Shown here piece by piece: positions 55,637-64,000 of a stretch of DNA of 64,000 nt. This stretch comes from an uncultured Planctomycetota bacterium (GTDB taxonomy: Bacteria; Planctomycetota; Planctomycetia; Isosphaerales; Isosphaeraceae), in contig CAVTTN010000002.1 of NCBI GenBank assembly GCA_963737655.1, forward strand, positions 5,408,001-5,472,000, read 5' to 3'. The position numbers and the translations under genes are program-made. Position 1 is the stretch's first letter; the number at the start of each line of letters is the position of its first letter. Below the pieces are notes generated by a model. It searched no databases. It was given only the letters and a program-made list of their open reading frames with translations, and was not told the origin of the DNA.

Positions 55637-58306
55637 ATGAAAGATTGGTGGGCCGCTGTGCGTGGGTCTGTCGGCCGGCGCTGGCTTTATTGGTTATTGA
55701 CTGCAATAGTCGTGACTGCGATCGGGTCGCTGCTTCTCCCGGTTTTTCGTTTGAATCCAGAGGCCGTCCACACGTATTTCCACTCTGCGCCGGCCTGGCA
55801 GAGGGTGCTCGTGCTTTTCGTCGCGAGCAGTTCGGCAACATGGGTTCTCGTGAATCTCCTTTCCCCACGGCTCTCGCATCTCCGGCCTGCCGTCTTCATT
55901 CGGCATCCTCCGATATGGACAGCCTGGGCGGCTGCGCTCATCGTCCTTTGTATCCTCGACCTGACCATTGGGCTTGGACCCAGAAGGTTTCAGCCGTCGA
56001 GGTGGGAATGGGCGCTCTACGGTGGCGGCTCGCTTCTGTTCGTCACACTCTACAGGCATCTGGCTCGTCCCCCGAAACCGGCGGCTGCACAGCCGCCGAA
56101 AGCGGCTGTGCAGCCATCAGAGGCCGACGATTTGCCGGAGAGCGAATGGATCCTCGACTGGCCGAGGCTCAAGCAGTGGCTCCTTAACGAGCGACCGTCG
56201 GAGGATGACCTCATCGGCAACCGCCGCGTCGCACGTCGGTTGGCCGAATACCTTAAAGTCCACGGCGGGACGGTGGGCCTCGTGGGGCCGTTCGGGAGCG
56301 GCAAGACGAGCGTGGTATCGTGGCTGAAGGAGGAAGTAAAGCGAGTCAGCACAGAGCCGAAAATCGAGGTCTGGTTCGCGGAGCAGAGTTGCTGGGGGTT
56401 CGAGGACTCCAGTTCGGCAATTCAGCAGATCTTGGCGAAAGCGATTTCGGAGGTCGGTCTCCATGCCGACTGCTTTTCCCTTCGCTCCCTCCCCGAGGCC
56501 TACCGGAAGACCTTTTCCGCAGGTGGCGACTGGCTCCGGACTCTCTCGGATCTGGTTTTCGGGTCGACGGATCCCCTCGAACAGTTTCAGCAGCTCTCCG
56601 ACGTGCTCGAAGCGGTGGATGCACGCCTCGTGCTTGTCATCGAGGATCTGGACCGAACCACGAGCAGCCGCTTCGACCGCCAAGAGATGCTTGCACTCCT
56701 CCAACGGCTACGGGCGACATCGCGGCTCTCCTTCGTTCTCGCCACCGGCCTGGCGTCGGCACGGGATATCGACTTCGCGAAGCTCTGCGATCACATCGAG
56801 ATCATGCCGGAGTTCGGCGCGGAGCCGATCTCTACGATGATCGAGGCCGTTCGCGGCCATTGCCTGGATCAATTCCCGCACATTAGAACGGCAGCAGACA
56901 AGACCCCGTGGCGTGCCACGACGCGCCTACTCCTGCGCAAGCATGATTACATTTTCCCTTCCGACGGTGCGATTTGCCTCCTTCGTACCCCCCGTGCGTT
57001 GAAGCACGCCCTCCGGCGGACATATCAAGCATGGGAAGTACTTCACGGCGAAGTGGATCTCGATCACCTTTTGGGGGTGAACATTCTCCGGAGCGGTGCC
57101 CCCGAGGCGTTCGACTTTCTCCTCCGGCATTGGGGCGACATTCAAGACGATCCAAGCACGTCGCAGTTCAACCGGGACGGAATCACCCAGTTCCGAGAGC
57201 GGATTATCGGGGAATGGCGACGGGTGACGGCGGACGTCGAGTGGGACGTTCGCGCCGCCTCGGCAATCATCCGATTCCTGATCCCGTCGGCCGGAGAGTA
57301 CCTAGGTGAACAAAGGGGATCAGGCGTCAAGCGACTTCAGGGTATCGGTCATGGCCGCTACTGGCGCCGAGTCGTCAACGAAGAGATCGGCCCGGGGGAG
57401 GTACGCGACCAGAAAGTCTTAAAGGACATCGCTGACTGGCAGACGTCGCCAACGGCGGAGGCGCCCCTGATCGCTGGCTTGCGCCAGGGTGGAGACTACG
57501 TGGAGATGTGGGAGCATTTCGCTCCAAGTTCGTTTTGTTATAAACAAAGATTGATCCTGCAACTTGCCGAGCAACTCCTAACCTACTTTAGGACACCGCG
57601 CGGAGTTCGAGTTCGTCTTGATAAGACAAACATCGATCCTGACTATCCCGAAGACTGGTTCGTTGCGGTTTGGAGGTGTGCAAACCGCAAGGTCCCGAAA
57701 GATATTTTTTCGCGAAACTGGCTCGAATCTCAGGTGCGGCTAGCGATGGGATCGAGCCTCTCGCTCGTGAACGATTTATACTCTTATTATGCATCGATTC
57801 AAAACGGAGTCCTCCTGAATGAAGAGACCCGCTCCTACATCCGCGGAGGCATCCACACTCTGGCCCAGGAGCAGCTACGGAGCGGCGAAGATCTCCTAAG
57901 GGTGATCCACCCGGATCTCGCCCACGACGTCTACGAGCTCGTCTTTCCATCGGACGTGGAGAGGCCACCATCCGCGTTCCGTGGCGTGGAGCACTGGGAC
58001 TGGCTAGGCCCCGTCCTCCTAAACACGCTCAAGACGAATCCGGCCAAGGTCGCCCTAAAAGTTGGGATTTTGATTTTGAGCGACCGGCGTGGTGAACAAC
58101 CTGGAATCGTGATCTACGAGATCGACCGTAGCCTGCTGACCCGGTTCTTCGGCGAGGACTCCGACGAGGTGATACGCCTACTGGCCTCGGCGAGCGAGAA
58201 CTTCAACGGTCGTGATCGCGAATTCCTAGAGGAACTCGTTCAGTCCGCGAACGTGCCGCCGGAGTCAAAGGAATCTCAATCCGAGGATGATGCAGTCAGC
58301 ATATAG
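55637..58306 (+). CDS. KAP-family P-loop NTPase with ~4 N-terminal TM helices
   Basis: DDLIG, VGLVGPFGSGKTSV (Walker A), CWGF, LVLVIEDLDR (Walker B), RTPRALK; more A/T-ending codons than flanks. Start could be 55589. Confidence 0.85.
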   Translation: MKDWWAAVRGSVGRRWLYWLLTAIVVTAIGSLLLPVFRLNPEAVHTYFHSAPAWQRVLVLFVASSSATWVLVNLLSPRLSHLRPAVFIRHPPIWTAWAAALIVLCILDLTIGLGPRRFQPSRWEWALYGGGSLLFVTLYRHLARPPKPAAAQPPKAAVQPSEADDLPESEWILDWPRLKQWLLNERPSEDDLIGNRRVARRLAEYLKVHGGTVGLVGPFGSGKTSVVSWLKEEVKRVSTEPKIEVWFAEQSCWGFEDSSSAIQQILAKAISEVGLHADCFSLRSLPEAYRKTFSAGGDWLRTLSDLVFGSTDPLEQFQQLSDVLEAVDARLVLVIEDLDRTTSSRFDRQEMLALLQRLRATSRLSFVLATGLASARDIDFAKLCDHIEIMPEFGAEPISTMIEAVRGHCLDQFPHIRTAADKTPWRATTRLLLRKHDYIFPSDGAICLLRTPRALKHALRRTYQAWEVLHGEVDLDHLLGVNILRSGAPEAFDFLLRHWGDIQDDPSTSQFNRDGITQFRERIIGEWRRVTADVEWDVRAASAIIRFLIPSAGEYLGEQRGSGVKRLQGIGHGRYWRRVVNEEIGPGEVRDQKVLKDIADWQTSPTAEAPLIAGLRQGGDYVEMWEHFAPSSFCYKQRLILQLAEQLLTYFRTPRGVRVRLDKTNIDPDYPEDWFVAVWRCANRKVPKDIFSRNWLESQVRLAMGSSLSLVNDLYSYYASIQNGVLLNEETRSYIRGGIHTLAQEQLRSGEDLLRVIHPDLAHDVYELVFPSDVERPPSAFRGVEHWDWLGPVLLNTLKTNPAKVALKVGILILSDRRGEQPGIVIYEIDRSLLTRFFGEDSDEVIRLLASASENFNGRDREFLEELVQSANVPPESKESQSEDDAVSI

Positions 58307-58504
58307 GTGACAATGCAAGGCGGGAATTCTAGGTTCCCTTGGATGATAGGGCTGTCCAGGGAAAGCCAGGACGACCTGAGCCGCCCCTTCGCTCTTTGTT
58401 GCCCGGGACGATTCTTGCAAGGACCCGGCCGTGTGGCGAATCCGATTCGTCAAAGGCGGGGATGGCTCCGGGATTGGGAGGCGGCTTGGGACCATCGCTC
58501 GCCT

Positions 58505-58852
58505 TCATTCGAAGGTCGGTTTCAGGATCGCGCTGGTCCCTGGGACGTTGGCCAATCCCCATTCCGCGACCGCTTCCAGGACCGGACCTAGCGTCTTTCC
58601 CTTGGTCGTCAATCGGTAGCGGTCTCGGTGGGGCGGGTCTTCATCTGTGTACTTTTCGACGAGGTCGTTGGCGACCAATCGCTCGAGGCGGTCGGCCAGG
58701 ATGTTCGTGGCGATCTTCTCGGGCGATCGGCAGATCTCGTTGAAGTGACTCTTGCCGCAGGCGAGGTCGCGGACCACCAGCAGCGTCCACTTGTCGCCGA
58801 TCAGGTCCAGCGCACAGGCGACCGGACAGACCGAACGTCGCGCCCTCTTCAT
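58505..58852 (-). CDS. HxlR-family winged-helix transcriptional regulator
   Basis: SVCPVACALDLIGDKWTLLVVRDL, IATNILADRL, YRLTTKG..L.PVL. Confidence 0.93.
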   Translation of the reverse strand: MKRARRSVCPVACALDLIGDKWTLLVVRDLACGKSHFNEICRSPEKIATNILADRLERLVANDLVEKYTDEDPPHRDRYRLTTKGKTLGPVLEAVAEWGLANVPGTSAILKPTFE

Positions 58853-58910
58853 GGCGTCCCCTCCGCCTTCGGGAATTCCACCGCACGCCCCCCTTGACTC
58901 TAGCCCGCGA

Positions 58911-58949
58911 ACTTGCAAAATGCAACCGTCATGCTTGCGATTTGCAAGT
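58911..58949. promoter_or_regulatory. Twin TTGC-N5-GCAA operator boxes (likely HxlR sites)
   Basis: TTGCAAAATGCAA (58913-58925) and TTGCGATTTGCAA (58935-58947), 22 bp apart, between divergent genes. Confidence 0.7.
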
Positions 58950-58980
58950 CATCGGTTCCCGTCGAGGGGAGGCGCGTGAG

Positions 58981-60315
58981 ATGGCCCGTCTGGACGACCA
59001 CCCGACCGTTCGTGCCCATCGCGAGAAGGCCCCGGCGCCGGGGCCCGAGGTGCCCCTGGACGCCGCCTGGCTCCGCCGGCTTTGCCTCGAAGCCGGCGCC
59101 GACGACGTGGGGTTCGTCGAGATCGATCGGCCGGAGATCGCGGAGGAACGTCCTTATATTTCGGCCCTGTTCCCCCGGACCCGGACTCTCCTGAGCTTCG
59201 TCTGCCAAATGAACCGCGAGCCGGTCCGGCGCGTCCAGCGATCGGTGGCGAACACCGAGTTCCACCTGGTCGGGCATGAGGTCAACGAGGTCGCCCACCG
59301 GATCGTGAAGGCCCTGGAACAGCACGGGGTGGGGGCCGTGAACCCGCCGATGGGCTTCCCGATGGAGGCCGACCGCTGGCCGGGTCGGATGTGGGTGGTG
59401 TCTCACAAGCCGGTGGCGGTGGCCGCCGGGCTGGGGAGGATGGGCATCCATCGCAATATTATCCACCCTCGATTCGGGAACTTCATCCTGCTGGGGACGA
59501 TCTTGCTGGATTCCCCGGTTTCGGAGTCGTCCAGGCCGACCTCGTACAACCCGTGCCTGGAGTGCAAGCTGTGCGTGGCGGCGTGCCCGGTCGGGGCCAT
59601 CAAGCCGGACGGCCAGTTCGACATGGCTTCGTGTTACAGTCATAATTATCACGAATTCATGGGTGGTTTCATCGAATGGACCGACCACGTGGCCGAGGCG
59701 AAGGACGGCCACGACCTTCGGAAGAGGGTCCCGCCTGCCGAGCAGGTGTCGATGTGGCAAAGCCTGGCGTTCGGGCCGAATTACAAGTCGGGCAATTGCA
59801 TCTCGGTCTGCCCGGCGGGCGAGGAGGTGATCGGGCCGTACCTGGCCGATCGCGGGGGCTTCCTGGACGAGAACGTCACGCCCCTCCAGCGGAACACGGA
59901 GCCGGTTTACGTCGTGCCGGGGTCGGACGCCGAGGGGCACGTGCGGAAGCGGTTCCCTCACAAGAGGGTTCGCCGGGTCCGCGGGACGTTGCTCCCCTCG
60001 ACCATCGAGGGGTTCCTCTCGGGCATCCGCTTCACGTTCCAGAGGGACCAATCGGCCGGGCTGGACGCGGTGTTTCACTTCACGTTCACCGGCTCGGACT
60101 CGTCCCGGGCGACGGTCACGATCCGCGACAAGGCCCTGGACGTCCAGCCCGGCCTGATCGGCTCGGCCGACTGCGCGGTGACCGCCGACGCCGACACCTG
60201 GCTCGGGTTCCTCCGCCGGGAGAAGAGCATCGTCTGGGCGATCGTCCGAAGGAAGGTGCGAGTGCGGGGGACTTTGAAACTCCTGACCGCGTTCGGCAAG
60301 TGCTTCCCGACGTGA
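58981..60315 (+). CDS. QueG/epoxyqueuosine-reductase-like 4Fe-4S protein fused to SCP2 sterol-binding domain
   Basis: GADDVG, SHK.VAVAAGLG.MG.H..IIHPRFG, CLECKLCVAACP, NCISVCP; C-terminal FHFTFTG..ADC.VTAD...KVRVRG. Confidence 0.85.
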   Translation: MARLDDHPTVRAHREKAPAPGPEVPLDAAWLRRLCLEAGADDVGFVEIDRPEIAEERPYISALFPRTRTLLSFVCQMNREPVRRVQRSVANTEFHLVGHEVNEVAHRIVKALEQHGVGAVNPPMGFPMEADRWPGRMWVVSHKPVAVAAGLGRMGIHRNIIHPRFGNFILLGTILLDSPVSESSRPTSYNPCLECKLCVAACPVGAIKPDGQFDMASCYSHNYHEFMGGFIEWTDHVAEAKDGHDLRKRVPPAEQVSMWQSLAFGPNYKSGNCISVCPAGEEVIGPYLADRGGFLDENVTPLQRNTEPVYVVPGSDAEGHVRKRFPHKRVRRVRGTLLPSTIEGFLSGIRFTFQRDQSAGLDAVFHFTFTGSDSSRATVTIRDKALDVQPGLIGSADCAVTADADTWLGFLRREKSIVWAIVRRKVRVRGTLKLLTAFGKCFPT

Positions 60316-60375
60316 TCGGGTCTCCTCCTGATGCGGCCCAGTGGCTTGGAGCGGTTCTCGCCTGGATTGCGCACC

Positions 60376-60436
60376 CGTGGGGCGGGCCTCGGCCTGCCGT
60401 CTTCGCGGGCCTCGGCAGGCCGAGGCCTGCCCTACG
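60376..60436. repeat. GTAG/GTGG-type REP pair (GGCAGGCCGAGGCCTGCC core)
   Basis: 23-bp inverted arms (21/23); related single unit near 61866-61885. Confidence 0.75.
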
Positions 60437-60568
60437 AAGACCGGCGTGCGCAACTCGGCCGTGAACTGCTCTCACGTCGAATGGGAACGGGCCGGGTCGC
60501 CCGGGGAGATGGCCCTCCCCGGGCTTCCGCGGAGTCGTCCGCGATTCGGGACCGTCCTGCCAACCGGG

Positions 60569-60702
60569 TCACTTCTCCTGGAACAGCTTGGGCGCGAATT
60601 CGCTGAGGTAGTCTCGCCAGTTCAGCCAGGTGTGGCCGCCGTCGGTGTCGTGGGAGACGACGTCGAACTTGTGCTTCTTGAGCATGTCGGCCGTCGCCTT
60701 GG
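60569..60702 (-). pseudogene. Duplicated 3' fragment of the esterase gene
   Basis: 60571-60689 is identical to 62744-62862; TGA instead of TAA stop. Confidence 0.9.
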
Positions 60703-60911
60703 GAGAAAGGCGAAGGGGACATTCTTCATTCGGGTGGAGGACCGGGCAATCCCGGTAGACCCAGGGCGGAGAATGCGAGCGAGGCAAGAACTCCGCTCTC
60801 GACCTGCCCTCATCGTCGCCGGCGGGTAGCCTGGATCGTCCGCGACCGGTGCTCCGAGGCCGTCGAGAGAGCATTGGTCGCGGACGACCCGGGTCACCCG
60901 CCGCGGCTCGG

Positions 60912-61532
60912 TCAGGCCTTGCGGCGACGCCGGGCGATCCTGGACAGGCCCGCGCCGCCGATCGCGACCAGCACCATCGACGACGGCTCGGGGACCGAGA
61001 GCGGGGTCGAGGTGAACCCGATCGTGTTGATACCGACGTCGTAGAGGTTGGTGATCGTGAGGGTCAGCGAGGTCCCGGTCTCGCCCGGTGAGTAGGTCGT
61101 GAACGTTGAGGGGCTGGGCATGGCACCGCTCAGGCTGTAGGGCGAGCCACCACCCGTGACCGAGATATCGACGGTCCCATTGGTTCCCGTGATCCCGTTG
61201 TAGGTGGCCAGGTTGAAGCTATCGAGCGTCACCGAGTAGCCCGGCGCGGCGTTGAAGGTCATGACGAACGTGCTGGTGTTGTTGTCGGAGTAGACCGCGT
61301 CGCCCGTCCCTCCGTCCAGCGTGCCGTAGCTGTGAGTGAAGTTGTAGCTGTACTCCGAGTAGCCGATCGAGACGGCCGCGGTGCTGCCGTAGGCGCCGGT
61401 GTTGGGCGTGGCTGTGTCGTTGGGGTCGGCACTTGAAGGCGTGAATTCGATGATGTCGGCGCGGGCGCCGCTGGCGAAGGCCAGCGCGCCGAAAATCAGC
61501 GCGAAACGTGCGACGGCGAATACCTTGGTCAA
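60912..61532 (-). CDS. PEP-CTERM sorting domain protein
   Basis: TTG after AGGAG; signal peptide; Ser/Thr/Gly-rich body; VPEPSSMVLVAIGGAGL..RRRRK. Confidence 0.92.
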   Translation of the reverse strand: MTKVFAVARFALIFGALAFASGARADIIEFTPSSADPNDTATPNTGAYGSTAAVSIGYSEYSYNFTHSYGTLDGGTGDAVYSDNNTSTFVMTFNAAPGYSVTLDSFNLATYNGITGTNGTVDISVTGGGSPYSLSGAMPSPSTFTTYSPGETGTSLTLTITNLYDVGINTIGFTSTPLSVPEPSSMVLVAIGGAGLSRIARRRRKA

Positions 61533-61984
61533 GTTGAAGCTCCTGGATCGGGGGTCGGACTCTGATCCTCTGCGAGCGCCCCGCCCTCCCGGACCGCCGA
61601 CGACTTCGCGGTCCGAGAAGGTAGGCGGCCCGGTTTACAGTCCCCCGACGTCGAATCACGGTCATCGTCGCGATCGAATCGACCACGACGGTCGGCCGTC
61701 CACCCACGCGGTGGCATCGCGTCGCCGCGATACATTCATAGCAACTTCACATTTTCAGGGGACATATCGGACATTACATTCGAAGGATGATCGCCTGTCA
61801 AGGGAGGACCTCGAAAGAGGGGACATTACAGCGGTCCCCGGTCCGATGGCGCACGATGGTCTTCGCGGGGCAGGCCTTGGCCTGCCGGCTCCGCTGCTCT
61901 GGAGGAAACCACGGGTCGTGAAGGCGAAGGGGGCATAAGCCGAAGGGGAAATTAGGAACTCCCCTGGATCACTTGGCAATCCCG

Positions 61985-62064
61985 GGCGGGTGGCACTGCT
62001 CGTCCTCGACCAGTGTTCTTCCAATAGAATATACACTGGTCGAGGACGAGCAGTGCCACCCGCC
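61985..62064. repeat. GGGTGGCA-family REPIN-like element
   Basis: Perfect 32-bp inverted arms with CACTGCTC-GTCCTC-GACCAGTG. Confidence 0.88.
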
Positions 62065-62120
62065 GCGATTCGGATCGAGGCTTCAGTTCATGTCGGTCGG
62101 GTGAGGGCCGGGAGGGTCGC

Positions 62121-62526
62121 TCAGGCGTGCTCCCCGCCGCCCTTGCTGATCCTGAAGACGTGGCCGTCGGGGTGGCGGACGTGCATCTCGCGCACGCCCC
62201 ATTCCTCGTCCGTCGGCGGCATGGTGACCTCCAGCCCCCGCTCACGGCAGTGCCGGTGGACGGCGTCGACGTCGTCCACCCAGATCGACATCCAGACGCC
62301 CTTGTCTCCCTGCGGGCCGGAGCCGCTGGTCGTCGAGAGGCCGCTCTTGCCGCGCCCCCCCTGCGCCCTGGCAGAGGAAGATCTCGAAATCGCCGGAGCG
62401 GACCGCGCCGAAGGTCGGGGGCTCGCCCCACTGGAACCCCTTCGTCCAGCCGAGCCGCTCGAACCAGGCGACGCTCTCCGCGAGATTCGAGACGTTCAGG
62501 ATCGGCGTGATCGCCTCGACGATCAT
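62121..62526 (-). CDS. VOC/glyoxalase/bleomycin-resistance family protein, apparent frameshift at ~62360
   Basis: ITPILNVS, then in shifted frame WVDDVDAVH, PTDEEWGVREMHVRHPDGHVFRIS. Confidence 0.87.
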
Positions 62527-62741
62527 GGGCTTCTCCGGGCGTCGTGACCGATTCGGGGATCGTCACGGTTGGTGAGTTTTTCCGGCCCATGGACACGGAA
62601 TGTTGGTTTGGGCGGCGGCGGGCGCCGGGGATCGACGTCTCCGGGTTGCGCGGATCGTCTTCGACCCGGGCCCCGATGCGGCCTTCAAGGCCCGGGCGAG
62701 GGCGATCCGTGGCGATGGGCGCCGTCATTTTCCAAGTCGGT

Positions 62742-63917
62742 TTACTTCTCCTGGAACAGCTTGGGCGCGAATTCGCTGAGGTAGTCTCGCCAGTTCAGCC
62801 AGGTGTGGCCGCCGTCGGTGTCGTGGGAGACGACGTCGAACTTGTGCTTCTTGAGCATGTCGACCGTGGTCTTGGAGGTCTGGACGAGGAAATCGTCCTT
62901 CCCGCAGGCGAACCAGACGAGCTTGGTCCCGGACTTCAGGTCGGCGTTGTCGAGGGTCGATTTGTGGGCGTCTTCCCACTGGGTGTTGGGCTGGCCGTTC
63001 CCTCCGAAACCTCCGGCGATCCCGAGGACTCCCGAGCTGAACACGCCGATGTAGCCGTAATCTTCGAGCTTGTCGAAGGCGACGTTCAGCGTCTGGGCGC
63101 CCCCCATCGACAGCCCGGCGATCGCCCGGTCGGCTCGGCCCGTCTTGGCCCGGTAATTCTTCTCAATGTAGGGGCGGACGTCCCCGGCGAAGTCCTTCGA
63201 GAACTCCTCCATCTGGTTCTGGAAGGAGTTGCCCCCCGGGCCGGACATGAACCGCCCGGTGTGGCCGCCGGGCATCACGACGATCATCGGCTTCGCCTTG
63301 CCCGAGGCGATCAGGTTGTCGAGGATCACCCCGGCCCGGCCCACGGAGTTCCAGGAGTCGTCGGAGTCCATCGCGCCGTGGAGGAGGTAGAACACCGGGT
63401 ACTCGCCCTGGCCCTTGTCGTAGCCCGGGGGCGTGTAGACGTGCATCCGGCGGAACTTCTTCAGGCTCGAGGAGTAATAGGGGACCGACGCCACCGCTCC
63501 GTGAGGGACCTCCTTCAGGTCGAAGGCCTCCGAGCCGGGGACGATGGCAAGGCTCCAGGTATTGGCGTTCGACTCGCTGGTCGCGGGATTGCGAGGATCG
63601 ACCACGGAGACGCCGTCGACCTGGAAATGGTAGCGGTAGGCCCCGGCCGGGACCGGCCCGACGGTCGTTTCCCAGACGCCGTTGTCGGCCTTCTTCATCT
63701 CGGCCGCCGGCCCGAGGCCCGGGATGTCGCTGCTGCCGAGCCTGACCGCCTGCGACTTCGGGGCAAAAATTCGGAACGTGACCTTCCGCTCGGGAGAGAC
63801 CTCGAGCGACGAGAACTCCGGAGGCCGGTTCTGGCCCGGACCTTGCGCGAAGCCGGGCGTCGCCGCGCCCCAGCCGATCATCATCCAGAACGCGAGGAGC
63901 CCCTGGGAACGTCTCAT
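62742..63917 (-). CDS. Secreted esterase (CE1/Fes-like) with N-terminal E-set domain
   Basis: Signal peptide; VTFRIFAP, YHFQVDG..DP.N, VYTPPGY, YPVFYLLHG, AIAGLSMGG, GGHTW.NWR. Confidence 0.93.
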   Translation of the reverse strand: MRRSQGLLAFWMMIGWGAATPGFAQGPGQNRPPEFSSLEVSPERKVTFRIFAPKSQAVRLGSSDIPGLGPAAEMKKADNGVWETTVGPVPAGAYRYHFQVDGVSVVDPRNPATSESNANTWSLAIVPGSEAFDLKEVPHGAVASVPYYSSSLKKFRRMHVYTPPGYDKGQGEYPVFYLLHGAMDSDDSWNSVGRAGVILDNLIASGKAKPMIVVMPGGHTGRFMSGPGGNSFQNQMEEFSKDFAGDVRPYIEKNYRAKTGRADRAIAGLSMGGAQTLNVAFDKLEDYGYIGVFSSGVLGIAGGFGGNGQPNTQWEDAHKSTLDNADLKSGTKLVWFACGKDDFLVQTSKTTVDMLKKHKFDVVSHDTDGGHTWLNWRDYLSEFAPKLFQEK

Positions 63918-64000
63918 GGTTGGACCTCGTCGGGGAGAAGGAGAGGGAGAGGGAGAGCGATTTCCCCCTGAGTGAAGGCGTCATCCGGCCGCTCTCGGGC

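Noticed and set aside
58320..58390. Integron attC site after the KAP gene
   Set aside because: A weak hairpin exists, but no RYYYAAC/GTTRRRY box pair and no integrase.
60569..60874. 101-aa ORF as a real gene
   Set aside because: Only the C-terminal ~44 codons are the esterase duplicate; the rest looks like non-coding read-through.
60569..62875. Diversity-generating retroelement TR/VR pair
   Set aside because: The 119-bp core is identical including all adenines, flank differences are not A-specific, and there is no reverse transcriptase in the window.

Overview
High-GC bacterial chromosomal segment, almost certainly Planctomycetota and probably Isosphaeraceae-like. This is inferred from PSCyt/DUF1553+DUF1501 pairs, DUF1559, LEPRxLL-type export signals, an ECF-sigma/Ser-Thr kinase pair, Uma2 and PEP-CTERM. 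About 47 genes are supported, including uup-like ABC-F, cutC, pheS and pheT. At least 11 otherwise normal genes carry 1-2 nt indels, mostly in G/C runs, which look like long-read errors rather than pseudogenes. I see no tRNA, rRNA, CRISPR array, transposase or reverse transcriptase. Best candidate for an undescribed system: a ~6.5 kb island (39.5-46.0 kb). There, four near-consensus sigma-54 (-24/-12) promoters sit upstream of general-stress-type genes: ferritin-like, two ElaB/YqjD-like proteins, CBS, and a DUF3618/YqjD/YqjE-like/lipid-kinase operon. These surround an NtrC-type activator and a sensor-less ChpT-like pseudo-histidine-kinase. Other highlights: several REP/REPIN-like palindrome families (one with covarying stems, one supplying stop codons); a secreted protein with an intact plus a dead metallopeptidase copy; an atypical-composition KAP NTPase preceded by a group II intron domain-VI-like relic; an HxlR-controlled QueG-like/SCP2 fusion with twin operators; and an exact 119-bp duplication of an esterase 3' end. 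All family assignments are by eye from motifs; no database search was run.
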